A DNA stretch of 64,000 nucleotides. Source: Paraspadella gotoi (lineage: Eukaryota; Animalia; Chaetognatha). The notes under the pieces were generated by a model. The model searched no databases. It had not been told where the DNA came from and worked only from the letters and a program-made list of their open reading frames with translations. Both the position numbers and the translations under genes were made by a program. The stretch lies in the NCBI GenBank assembly GCA_051294375.1, contig CM119266.1:1803554-1867553 (forward strand), written 5' to 3'. The first letter of the stretch is position 1. Each line of letters starts with the position of its first letter. Shown piece by piece: positions 27,830 to 40,889 of the stretch.

Positions 27830-30367
27830 CTTTCCTTTCATTTTGCCGTCTTTCTTCTTTGTTTAAACATTTTAACTTTCTTTTAAAAAAATTTGGTTTT
27901 TTTTCCTCCCCTCGCTTTCCATTTCACACACACACAACCGCCACAAACTGACCCCCTTATCCATCTCCTTATATCCAATCCTTTCCTCCCCCTTCTCCTT
28001 ACCGATCGCCCTTATCCCCTTATCCCCTTATCCCCTTATTCCATCCTTTCCTTTCTTTCTCGCTTCAGTGGGTCCACGAAAAGCGCTCAGTCCTTCGGCG
28101 GTGACTCTAAGACGCGTCACTTTGGCGGGCGAGGCGCTGGGGGCGTCAGCGTCTGTCTCAACGTCGCCTCACCCTTAGGGTAAGTTCGTCTTTCAGATTT
28201 TTTGCTTGTCGTTTTCTGATTGTTTAGTTGTCGTCTTCGTCGTTAGTGTTGTTCTTTCTCTTGTTGCTGTTGTTGTTCTGTTGTTGTTGTTGTTGTTTTC
28301 GGTTTCTGTTTTGAGCGTCGTTATCAGCGACGGAATTTAATCGAAGTTCACGAAGAACAATATCATTTTCGCGTCGTCGTCGTCGTCATCGTCGTCGTCG
28401 TTTATCGCCTTTTTATGCGTTGATATTCCGGCACGCAGCCAAAATCTGGCCACGCAGCCCAAGTCTCATACCCACACACACAGGGTCAAGCCTCTTCTTG
28501 AAAAAGTAAATTTAAAAAATTTGAAACTTAGAACTTCATACTCGATACACTATAGATCATTATATAGCGCACTGAAAGTTATTTGAATATAATATAAACA
28601 GTGCGCCAAAATGAACACTTTTATAACTTTAATTCTCCAAAAAATTTTTTTTCCTTATTACGAATCGATTTCAATGCAACTTTTGAATTAGTCATTGGGT
28701 TGTTGCCTGAAGCTTTAAATGTTTATTAATATATAACAAATGACAAAAATTTTTTAAATTAGTTTTAAGAACGGATTTCTATAGACTTGAAAAGTTAAAT
28801 GAAAGTTAGTACTACAATTTTTAAAAATTTGAAAGAAATTGGTTAAAAACAAAAAAAATTAAAAAATCATCATCATCATTGGCTGATTTATGTTTTTTAA
28901 AATTTTTATCATAAACAAAAAATTTAAATTTGTATTAATAACCTTATCTAACTTTAAAGCCTATCAGAATCTTAAAAAAAATTAAAAATTCAAAATTTAA
29001 CTTATATAGTAATAAAATAATCTTTAAAGCTTCCGTGCGCTTATTAATAAATAATTTTTTAAAATTATTTTTATTTCATATTCTCTAACAGTCACTTTAC
29101 ATTATTATGAAGAATTCTAGTTTCAACCTGTTGCAATTTAAACGAGATAACTAGAGGAATTTCAGGATAATTAGCATTTCAAGATGCTCATTAGTTGAAT
29201 TATAATAAATGTTTTGTTAAGATGAGGTCAGGTTAAGAGTCCGAACTTTAAATTATGGATTAATTAATAGAGTCAGGGATTGAGTAATGTTTTTTTGGTA
29301 AAATATTAAGGCTAAATGTTTGAGTAACAATTATCTTAGTTATTGGGAACAGAAATTGGCAAATGCCAAATGCCCAAGAAGTAAGGTTTGCGATGGAAGG
29401 AGTAAGTTCGAGCGAAACGAAAGCCGGGGTGAGGAAGAGAGGAAAGTGAGGAGCGAGGCCTCGGGTAATGTTTGGGGATTAACGGTAAGCAGACCGATTT
29501 AATAAGGTCGCCTTAGACCCGCCCTCGATCTTTCACCTCGAACTGACACAGTTTCGTCGTCGTAGACGTCATCGTCGGTGGCAGCGGAGGCGGAGAGAGC
29601 TGCGGAGGCGGCGCCACGGAGGCGGTAAAGCTGCGGAGGCGGCGGCAAGCAGAGGCGGAGAGAGCTGCGGAGGCGGCGGCAGCGGAGGCGGAGAGAGCTG
29701 CGGAGGCGCCGCCACGGAGGCGGTAAAGCTGCGGGAGGCGGCGGCAGCAGAGCGGAGAGAGCTGCTGTGACAGCGGCAGGGGAGGCGGAAACAGTTGCTG
29801 AGGCAGCGGCAGGGGAAGCGGCAGCAGCGGGATTGAGTGAGTGATTGTCGCTATCGTCGTCAGGGTCGAATGTTGTTGTTGTTATCGTTGATTTCGTTGT
29901 TTTTTTTCTAGGTCATCGTTGTCGTCGTCGTCGTCTTGTTTTTGGTTCAAACATTTCAGACATATGTCATAATAGTATTAATCACCGTTCGTGTTCCTCT
30001 GGTTTAGTTCAATATACAATCTGCGCCAATAGCTCTAATTGTTGTCTCTTCTTATTTGATAATAATCCCTTTATCCAATTGAAACAGTTTACAAATATTG
30101 TATAACTTCACTGACAATGAAAGAAAAGCCAAGCCTAAAAGAGAGGCTGATTGAAAGTCTGTTATTAAAGTATTATATTGTTAAAGAGATCGTTGTACCA
30201 ATTTCATATATAACAAAAAGTCCTTTCACATTGATCTTTTGTTCACAAAAGGGCGAGAGTAGTGAATGAGTAAGAGGGTTCACCAAAATGGAAAGGAAGC
30301 TTCAATCCTTTGCTTGACCAAGAAGCTAATCTTTTCTTTTCCCTTCGTGAAGACTTTCGGAATGGAA

Positions 30368-30451
<84 letters not shown>

Positions 30452-30703
30452 AACTGGCCGTCGGCCGTGTCTCTCTCTCTCTCCCCATGTGTTCTTCGAG
30501 TTCCTTTAAGTCCTCATAATTCCCCGGCGCTTTGGAAAGAGGCGATGGACAGATTGAAAGAATAATGGAAAGAGAGAGAGAGAGACAGTGAGGGAGAGAA
30601 AGAGGGAGTGAGACGGAGAGAGCGGAGAAGTAGGAAGCAGAAATAGAAAGTTAAGAGAGACAGATGAACAAAAAGCGGGAAGTAAAAAGTAAAGAATAGC
30701 GAA
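26799..30703 (+). repeat. Tandem duplication unit 2 (contains frameshifted exon C copy at 28069-28179)
   Basis: Collinear with 23501-26797, with small indels plus two larger length differences. Confidence 0.92.
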
Positions 30704-30785
30704 AGAACAAAATAGATAAAAATAATAGTTTTTAGATAAGGATGATGGAGACAGACATAGACAAAGACGGAAAGAGAGAGAGAGT

Positions 30786-30826
<41 letters not shown>

Positions 30827-31026
30827 ACGATACAAAATTTACGGCCTCTCGATTTCCTGCTCCATATTGCTTTTTTTTTCTCTCTCTCTCCTTTCTTCTC
30901 CCCTTTCTCGTTCACCCCAATTTCCCACCCGCCCTCTTTCCTCCTTTCCCCCCCCTCCCTACTTCCACCTCTTGCGCCCCCCTTCCTTCCCCCTCCCCCT
31001 TCTTCCGCACCCACCTCCAACAACAG

Positions 31027-31183
31027 CCGAGAGTTGTTTGCGCGCGCGATCTCGCACGCGGGCACATGCGCGGAGCTGCCGCGGGCGTCGGCTGAGTCGG
31101 CGGCCGAGTTGGCGGCGTCCGTCGGTTGTCGGCAAAGGAAAGCCGACAAGAGGATGGAGTGCTTGAGGAACGTCTCCGCACAG
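31027..31183 (+). CDS. Carboxylesterase-like protein, exon D
   Basis: Acceptor caacag| and donor |gtgatt; 157 nt, phase-2 start matches exon C. (S)RELFARAISHAGTCAELPRASAESAAELAASVGCRQRKADKRMECLRNVSAQ has the LFxRAI and VGC...CLR motifs. Confidence 0.9.
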
Positions 31184-31938
31184 GTGATTAGCTGGAGGGN
31201 NNNNNNNNNNNNNNNNNNNNNNNNGGGGGGGGGGCTGGTAGTGGTGATTGATATAGGGGGAGTAATTGGAAAAGACTGGGTGATTATAGGGAGCAGGGTG
31301 ATTAAAATTGGTGAAGTGAATGTTAGGCCAGGGTGATCAAAATTGATTGAAAGAGCTGATTGGAAGGGGGAATGTTCATTGGCGCGGACGGGTTGATGAG
31401 AGCGTTTAAGAATAATGACGGATAGGTTATTATGAATTGTGAGAATATTGTATAATATATACGTATATTGAATCGGATACGGCGGGTTGAATGGGCACTG
31501 GGCAACAGGGAATTGACAATCCTGTTCTTGCGCTTGCTCATTGGACAAATTGTTAAGCAGATAAACAACACGCTCTTGAGAAAGATATTTCATTTCCCGA
31601 TTTTTAAATTTTCGATTTTTGTGAAAAAGTTTCATTCAATTTTGATTTCATTTCTTTCGCTTATTTTTTTTTTTAAATAAAAAAATTCACGAACCTAATT
31701 ATATCGAGATTTGACTTTGATTGCAAGTTTTTTAAGTTTTTTTTTTATCGAAACGTTTTCGCACTTGGATTGAATTTTTTTTCCCGCTTTTGATTGAATA
31801 TATTTTTACTTTCGCAGTTTTTCGCTCCGCGCGAATAATCGAAATTCGATTTTAAACAAAATGAAAAAAAATCTAATTTGTTTAGTGGGATATGAAACAA
31901 ATATTTGTTTTTACGCGCCTTAATGCTATCGGATATTG

Positions 31939-32190
31939 AGCAGCGCATTGGCGCAAGAGACCAGACCGCGTCGTCGTAATCCAAAGGTCTCGGGTTCAAG
32001 CCTCACTAACCGGACGTGCCGAAGAGCGAGGGGACCCCTTTACAAAGCCAGGGGTGGCCGGTGGCCCACGTCTAAAACGTTTGATCCGACTCTTCAAACT
32101 CCGTGACCGTTGGGAAACAAAGAGAGAATTTCGAAAGCTGGAGCGCGTTGGCGGTTTGTTGTATCTCAATGGGTTTGTGGATATTTACAG
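31939..32190 (+). mobile_element. Probable tRNA-derived SINE (Pol III A/B boxes)
   Basis: A-box-like TGGCGCAAGAG at 31949-31959 and B-box GGTTCAAGCC at 31993-32002 with tRNA-like spacing. No closable acceptor stem; followed by a GC-rich body. The 3' end is approximate. Confidence 0.6.
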
Positions 32191-32735
32191 AGGAGAATGT
32201 TCAAATGTTATATAGAATTAGGGTTCGACGAATAAGGAAAGCGCGATATTTTAAATAACAAGAAAAAGAGAGATCATGCGAAAGGAAAGTTATTAGGGCG
32301 CAACTCCTTGTCTTTACTCATCAAATGTATGATTCATTCATTTGTTCCTTTGTTCCTTTGTTCCTCTGGCTTTTCGCGTCAACCGTTCATCGCGACGGAG
32401 AATTCAACGATAATTCAAAAACTAAACTTCGAGAAAATTGGGATAACAACAACGACAACAATGAGAATCATAACAACAACGACCACGTTGTTTAAGTAGA
32501 GTCAACGTATCTGCTATAAGTTATAGTTATAGTTATAGTATAAGTGTTTTCAATATGTTTTACATACATTTGAAATACACTATTGATTTTTTTAATCTTT
32601 GATTCGGAATTTAAATCTACTTTTACATAAAAAAAAGTAGAAAATAGAGCCTCTTTCCCGCCATTTTTGTTTTACTCTTCCTCCCCTTTTAAACCCAAAT
32701 GTCTAAACCCCCCCCTTCCCCTCCCCCCCCCTCAG

Positions 32736-32922
32736 GCACTCCTCGCCTCCCCCCTCGCCTCCACCACCTCCCCCACCGTCGACGGGATCTTCCTTCCCGA
32801 TTCTCCCGTCAACATCTTCAGTCGGGGATTCATGCACAACGTGGATTTCCTCGTCGGAGTGGATCGAAGACCGGGACCCCTGGCGAGGGGGTTGGAGACG
32901 CCGGAAAGGAGGGAGAACGGGG
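32736..32922 (+). CDS. Carboxylesterase-like protein, exon E
   Basis: C-rich tract with ctcag| and donor |gtgagt; 187 nt. ALLASPLASTTSPTVDGIFLPDSPVNIFSRGFMHNVDFLVGVDRRPG... has the PxVDGxFLP motif; starts in phase 0. Confidence 0.88.
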
Positions 32923-33498
32923 GTGAGTCTGACAGGGGGGGTTGGCGAGGGGTTGGGGGGAGGGTAAGGCGGAGGCCAAAATTGAACAAGTTTTGAATAT
33001 GAGAGTTAAACAATTAAACAATTAAAAAATCTTGATTATTTTAGAAAATATAAAAAAAGTTTTAAAAGTTGGTATCATTCTTTTATCCAACTTTTTGCGC
33101 CATATGTATGAGGTTAACATTTTATTTAATAAAACAAATGTTTTTTAATATTATATTATAAGGTGATAATTTAAAATGGACTAGAGAATAAATCTCAAAA
33201 TCTTTCTTATGATCTTTTATCTTCTAGCTTTTAACATATTCAAGCTTATACGGTAAAAACTGTTCCCACTTGTTCCTAAAGAGTTGCCAATTCACTGAGC
33301 GGAGTTATTGAAAAGTTGTCCCAGAGGTGAAATTCCCCTGAAGTAAAAAAAGTGAATTGTGAATGGATGAAGGAGTGACGAGTTTATTGCTGAAGTGATT
33401 GATGAAGTGAGAAGCAAAACTTTCAAGGTCTTCGGTTCAAAGAGACGAAAGAAAATGAAACAGGATTCGTTGAGGAAGAGATTCGAGACATCAGAGAA

Positions 33499-33535
<37 letters not shown>

Positions 33536-34012
33536 CTGCCTAAAATTTAATTTCGTAACTTTACAAAAGAGGAGAAGGAGCAAGAAGAAAAAAGGGCGAG
33601 CACTTAGCCGAAGTTTCCTTTTGAAAAAAAAATGAAGGAAAAGAAAAAGAAAGGAAAAAAATCTGCCCTGACTCTTTCCCTTTTTTCGCTTTTTCAATGA
33701 TTTTTTTTTACTTTGTGCTTTTTTTAATACTTAAAAATTCTTGTGCTTTTTTTTATTTATTTCTTCTCTCATTTGAATTTCCATTTAGACTTCAGTTGTT
33801 CTATTATTTCTTTTGGAGTTTCGGCAACACTTTTATCCTTTCCTTCTTTCTATCAAATCTAACCTGTTTATCCCCTTTTTTAATCCCTCATCTAGACGGC
33901 TTTCTTTTTCAAGAGCGCCCCATTTTTGGTATTACTTATTCCCTAAACTTAATTTTAACGTTATATATATTTAATAATTATCTGTTACCAAACCCATAAT
34001 TTAATTTTTAAT

Positions 34013-34290
34013 CCTTAACCATAATCCTAATCCTTAACCCTAATCCTACACCTTAACCCTAATCCTTAGCCCTAATCCTAATCCTTAACCCTAATCCTAA
34101 TCCTTAACCCTAATCCTACTCCTTAACCCTAATCCTTAACCCTAATCCTAATACTTAACCCTAATCCTAAACTCTAATCCTAATCCTTAATTCTAAACCT
34201 TAACCCTAATCCTAATCCTTAACTCTATTTCTAATCCTAAACCCTAATCCTAATCCTTAACCCTAATCCTAATCCTTAACCCTAATCTTA
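34013..34290 (+). repeat. Degenerate telomere-like array (CCCTAA/TCCTAA/TCCTTAA)
   Basis: Repeating ~19-bp higher-order unit CCCTAATCCTAATCCTTAA; reverse strand TTAGGG/TTAGGA. Confidence 0.9.
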
Positions 34291-34291
34291 T

Positions 34292-34337
34292 AAGATTTAG
34301 GGTCAATGATTAAGCTTAATCATTGACACTAAATCTT
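34292..34337. repeat. 46-bp near-perfect palindrome
   Basis: AAGATTTAGGGTCAATGATTAAG|CTTAATCATTGACACTAAATCTT, one mismatch and no loop. Confidence 0.92.
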
Positions 34338-34687
34338 TAAACTTAATTTCTAAATTCAGATGAAATTGGGGAGTTTTTGGAAAATAAGGCCTCTTCCCCT
34401 GTGAAAGATGTTAAAAAATACAAAACATTTTTTTCATCCCCCTTCCTTAATTTTCACCGAAAGGATTCATCTCTTTTTTCTCCCTTTCCTCGTCCTTCTT
34501 TTCTATTTTTCCCTTGTCTTCCCTAATTTCCCTCACCCCCCTTTTTTTCTCCTCTTCCTTTCTTTTACTTCCTTCCTTTTCATCTGAAACTCGCAAAAAA
34601 TCCTTCCTTAATGGATTTACGAGCGTCGGGGCAGAAAGAAATGTTTTTTTTTTATTGTCTGAAAAGAGAGAAAGAAAGGCCCGGTCC

Positions 34688-34783
<96 letters not shown>

Positions 34784-36911
34784 AGAGAGAGCACGACTCA
34801 CCTTTTTTTAGAAAAGGCAAAGAAGAGGAATAATGGGGGGGAAGGAAAACAACGACAAATGATGAATAATAATCTCGACCCAATGAATGTTTTACGCTTT
34901 TTTTTTTCGGCGCACAAACGTAAAAAACGTCGTTGGAGTTTCGAACTTTGACCCTTTGGGAGTTGGGATCGGGGTGGTGACTGTGGTGGCGGGGGTGGCA
35001 GTTTGGATGGGGGAACGTGGGGGATTTGAGTGGCGACCGAATGGAAGGAAGGTGTTGAGGTGGTAAAAGAAGGAATGGGTTGAGGTGGTTAAAGAATTAT
35101 ACTGCGACTTTAGACTTTAGTTATACGAAAGATATTGTAATAACATTTTTAATAAAATCGTAAGTCAATAAAAAAAAGACAATAAACCAAACGTAAAAGA
35201 TTGTGAAAAAAGATATAGCAAAAAAGAGAATAGTAAATTATGTTTGAAACAAATAAATGAATTCAAATTTATCAAATGAGGGATTCTAAAATATATATAT
35301 TGGTTGTACCAATTTCATAAACTAATCTCAAATCAAAATATAAATATNNNNNNNNNNTGTACCAATTTCATAACTAATCTCAAATCAGAATATAAGTATT
35401 ATATTTATACTTCAAAGTCCATTCATAACACTCCGGGCCGTGTAGTGTGTGTTGTAAGTAAAAGAAAGAAATATTGTAAAGTGGGGATGGGTGAATTATA
35501 GTGAAAATGCAATTGTAAAGTTAAGAATTAATGTGGGAGCGAGATTTTAAAAACGAAAAATGGTAAATGAGCTGGAATGGTGGAGAGCTGGAGGTGTGTG
35601 GAAATGATGCGATATGAAATGAAATGTAAACGAGGTTTGCAAAAGGGATTGTTATATTTATTTAGTCAATTGAATTTGGGATTGTATAAATTGGAAGGTA
35701 ATAGTAAAAAAAAAAGCGGATAAGTAAAAAAAAGTTATGATAAGGAAACTATAAAAGTAATGTAGCGAGTAAAAAGTGAGCGGCGCTGGAAATCGATTCG
35801 TGACTTAAGTGAAAGATTGGCAAGTTTGGGGAGAAAAGAAGAAGAATGAACTTGAAAAAATAAAGGAACAAGGAAGTAAATTATATAGAAAAGAAGACAA
35901 AGGAGGAAGGACAAAATGTCTAAAATAGAAAAGGAAAAGGGAAGGACAAGAAAGCGGAATCGTTAGGACCTTGTTAGAGAGGGACCTAAATGGCTACAGT
36001 TTTAAACAATCTTTAAACTTGACACCACGTTTTCAAACTGTCAATGAAAATCACCGGACGCAACAAAAGATCAACTTCTAATTTGGCTTTAAGAGATTTA
36101 CTGATCTTTTAGAATAAAGTAAAAATGAATTCAATTTTCGTTAGTTTCCCTCTAGGGTTTGTTGACGTTTTTCTTTCGCTACTTGACTTAACATCTGGTG
36201 GTCGTCAGCGGACTTGGTTATCCTTCATCTCGACAGGTCGATGGGGGAAGAGAGAAAAATAAAAAGGAGAGAGAAAAGAAATGAGAGGGAATTATTTGAC
36301 AATGGACCCTAAGCCTCTTTGATCCCCGTTCGGTCGAAGCGGCGAAGGAAGGAGATTTTTTGGGACAAATCCTCGACCCATCATCGTCGTCGTTGTCGTC
36401 GTCGGTTTTGTCATTGTCGACGCTGTTGTCATTGTCGTCCTCGATGACATCACGCGGCACAATACAATACATTGTCGTGCTTTGTCATCATCAGCCGTCA
36501 ACTTCACGTTTTACTTTGTCATCATTGACCAAATAATGTCTTCACAGTCACTTCAACTAAAACCGTCAAATATCATATCATATCATTAGTAACCATTAGA
36601 TTGAGACCCATTTTCCATTTACCAAAAAAACTCTTTATGCTTCAACTTGACAAATGGTTCCTCTGAAAATATTATTTTATTTTTAATGCTATTACTTCAT
36701 ATATATTATACAGTAGAATAGTTCATGTGGTTAACATCCATAAGGTGAAAAAAAAAAACCGTTTGGCCAAAGAGAAACACACGCCCCGAAAAAAACCTCT
36801 TAATCGAAGAAAACCCTTACCCTAAAAACCCTTACCCTCGAAAAAGAAAAGCGACTAACCTCTAGGGGATTCTCTCTGCTCTTCTGCTCTCTCTCTCGTC
36901 TCCTCTCTCTC

Positions 36912-36960
<49 letters not shown>

Positions 36961-37156
36961 TCTCTCTCTTGAGAACGACACCCAAGGGAAGCTTTAGACC
37001 TTACCTTTTTCGAAGGCATGTAGAAAAAAGTTTTGGTGAGTGAGAGCAGAGAGAGAATCTTTATAGATTCACCTCAGGGGACACCTCACCTGCCCTCTTC
37101 CACAAATTCGGCCATTTGGATTTCGCGCTTACATCTTTTCCCCACGACACCCGGCA

Positions 37157-37234
<78 letters not shown>

Positions 37235-37629
37235 TGCTCTCATCTCTCTTCTCTCAAACCTCAACCCCAAAGTCACGCGTGGGGTCTCACGACTTTCTAA
37301 CCTCTTCTCCGGGCTTCTTTTTTTTTTTTAGAGAGAAGAGAGAGAGCGACGAGAGAGAAGTATGAAGAGAGAGAGAGAAAAGAGAGGAGAGAGAGAGAGA
37401 AGAGAAAAGAGAGAAAGAGCAGAGGAAAACGCGAGAAAGAAAAAAGAGAGATATTTATCTCCCTTCTCCCGATTTCTTTTCAAAAAGAGAAGAGAGAGAG
37501 AGAGAGAGAAGAGGAGAGAGAGAGAGACAGAGAGAAAAAGGAAAGGCGAGGGTTTGCTTTAATGGCGATTGTCGCAGAGCGGAGCCGGCTTCTGCGCCCG
37601 GGGCAAAGATGCGTTTTCGTATCTCTCCG

Positions 37630-37667
<38 letters not shown>

Positions 37668-40029
37668 CTCTCTCCTCCCTGCTCTCTCTCTCTCGTCTCT
37701 CTCTCATCTCTCTTTCCCGCTTCAAAAAATAAAACCGTCATCCCGCTCGCTGTCTCTCTTAGTGCCGAGAGGCTTTTCCAGACGCGAAAAGGAAATAATA
37801 AAACAAAAGCCTAGTCGTTTACAAACAAAGGATCGATCGTTCATCTGAGGCGGCGGCGGCGGCGGCGGCGGCAGCGGCGGCAGCGGCGGTGACATCTGGC
37901 GAGACCTCCTTTCAAATTATTTGGTTCAATTGGCATCTGAGAGTCAAGACCTATAGATGGCGTTTGACTCCTTCTTTTTCCTCACCCGCTACAGCTTTTT
38001 TTTCTTTTTGATTCGCGTTTTTCTTTTTGTTTTTTTTTCTTATCTCACTTGTTTTTCATTTTTCATTTTCCACTTTTTCCTTTTATTTGCTTTTCCTTAT
38101 GACGAGTGACGCGACGCAGCTAATTGAACCACGGGGCATCTGACGATGATGATTTAAGCTCGCGGCATTTGCAATACTTCATGACTACATTAATTTCTTT
38201 CATTATTTTTTAACATTGCGTTTTGTACCAGAAAGTAGACAGTGTCTAGACACCCAAGCCGTATCTATCTATTCATAAATTTAAATTACGACTGACTTGA
38301 AATAAATTTATAAATTCTAATTATACTTATCGGTTTAACGAAGAGAGAAAAGATCAATTGAACCGAACTTGAACGATACAGACTCAATGCGAAGCATAAC
38401 CAGTCTATTGTTTTTTTTTTTAGCTTTTTTGCTTTGTTTTGTTTTGGTTGCTATCTTTGTTTCGCCAGCGCCGTAACAACCAGGATTGTCTTCGTCCTCT
38501 CTCTCGACGAAAAAAAGGCAGCGAGCGGCAACAATAGCCCCATTAAACGAGATTAATTTTTTTTCTAAAAGGAAAAAAGGAAAAAAGAAAAAAGGCAAAA
38601 AAGGAAAAAAAGGCAAAAGGCGATTTCTACATAATAAAAAAAAAGTCGCGGAGGGAATTTTAAATGAAAGCCTTCCGCGCGATATCTCCAGCTGTGGAGA
38701 GCGAGAGGAGAGAGTACGGGACGAGAGAGAGGAGTAGAAGAGAGAGAAGAGAGAGAGACGAGAGAGAACGAGAGAGAAAAGAGAGAGCAGAGCAGAGAGA
38801 GAGAGAGGAGCGGGCGTGGCAGAGACAATTATGAACCGGAGTGACTGCTTTTGTTTTTTTTTAGTTTTATGAATGAAGAATTTGTGACAGTTTTAATTAC
38901 AAAACCGATAAAATGTTGTCTCTTTCTTTTAGACACATGCAGAGACCAGCTTTACCTCAGGCAGCTGGAGTGATGGGGCGTTGATGTATAGATTGTTTAA
39001 AGATGCAGGCCATGGCATTTGGTGACTTGATGATTGAGTTGTATTGAGTAATCCTAAATTTCTGGAAACAACCCAAAAAAAAAACGGATGAAAAAGGCGA
39101 CCAGTAAAATATAGTAAAAAGGGGGAAGAAGGAAATAAGAACGGAATCGAAAATCCAATTGAACACGACAAGTTAATTAAAAAAGATAAAAGGGAATCAA
39201 AGAAATCACAGCAATGACAGAAGAGAGAGAGAGCAGAGAGACGAGAGAGAAGAGAGAGACAAAACCTGATGTTAAATATACGTTGCCTTCATGGTAAAAG
39301 TAATATACTTCAAAAGAAAGTAAGAAAAATTTGTATTTTTAAAAGTAAGTATATAATTGGTAAGCTAATAATGCAACGATAAGCGTTAATAATGGTGATG
39401 CAAACTGTGAGGATGTTGCAGATTTGTAATCATTTCTAAAACCCACTTTTGGTTTTCGTTTCCCTCAAAAACAAAAAACCGTCCATTAGAAGCGAAGCTA
39501 ATTTTTTGGAAGAACGATACGTAAGAAGCCAGTCTCTCGTTGGGGCCCTCTTTTCGGTGAGTAGAAAGGGAGACGAATTTCCGAACTCGGTTTGACAATG
39601 TGCGACACCCAAGAAGACGGCCTGTCGGTTTGAGAAGAGAGAGAGAGAGAGAGAGAGAGCAGAGAGAGAGAGAGATGATGAGAAAGAGAGAGAGAGATGA
39701 AGAGGAGAGACGAGAGAAGAGCGCTTGTTGCTTCTAATTTTGAAACTGCTGAACGCGGTCCGAATAGAAAAGCGTGAGAAGAAGAGAGAGGGAGAGAGAG
39801 GAGAGAGAGAGAGAAGAGAGAGGGAGAGAGACTGATGTGAGAGATTGAGAATGAGAGGAATTACAAGAGCATTATACCTCCTTAATATACTGTCTCTCTA
39901 CGGCCGCAGCGGTAACTTTTCTCTCTCTCTCTACTCACCTCTCTCCTCAGCGAAATGCACGGATGACCGCGGTGCCGTCCAGTGGTCCGGTCTCCGGGAC
40001 GTTCAAAAGAAACTCAGCTCAATGGTGTT

Positions 40030-40390
40030 CGTCCAACTCACCCGCACACTTCCTTTAACTCACCGCCCCTTCCTTACTTACGACCGCTCCTTCATTCAAA
40101 CTGCCACTAAGCTTCCATCCTTCAACTTCACTCGCCCCCCTCATTCAACTCACACCGCACCTCCGCCCGCCACTTCTTTCCAACTTACCCCTCCGCCCCT
40201 TTCATTAAGTCACTCAAACGTATGGGGCCGCTCTTTTTTCCTTCAACCCACCCACGCCAGCCCTTCAATTATACTCACCCGCCCTCCCCCCGCCCGCTCC
40301 CGCCCTTCTTCAACTTACCCAGGCCCCGCGCCGAAATACCTACTTCGCCCGCCCTTCATTCAACTCAACCCCGCCGCCCTTCCTTCAAGG
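40030..40390 (+). repeat. ~21-bp C-rich minisatellite (also 62010-62425)
   Basis: Tandem CTTCAACTCACCCGCCCCTTC-like units. Confidence 0.88.
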
Positions 40391-40889
40391 GTGTCCCGCT
40401 AAATCTTCCAATGTCAAAAATGCAGTTTTAATATTCTACATTGCCTGGAGCGCAAACACCAACTCATTTCTCAAAGGACAATAGCACAATCAGGACACAA
40501 TTGGAAACAATAGGACAATACGAACAATTGGGAAATAGGACAATAGGAGATAAAAGTCTCGACATGCTTAGCCCGTCAGAATTTCCCGAATGTAATATAT
40601 ATAGTTTTTATATAGATTTATAACAAAAATCATTCAGACCGAAACGCAAACATAATTACTTTACTATTAATGATAAATATATTTTAAAGATATACACGGT
40701 TCTCCGTTCTGCACGCAACAAAACCAAGATCCCGTTTGGTCATCGAGAGAAATTTCGTTTCTCGGTTAAAAAAAAAACAGACGAACAAACAAAACAAAAA
40801 AAATTAAAATAAACAGAAACAAAGAATTTTTCGCTGACAGAAAAGTTGGTGAGGAATGGGTTTTTTTATCATCAACGAGATTTGCTGTG

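Noticed and set aside
30514-31635. 373-aa minus-strand ORF
   Set aside because: It is the antisense shadow of exon D plus microsatellite and N sequence.
34013-34290. A true chromosome end
   Set aside because: The array is short, degenerate and flanked by ordinary sequence on both sides.
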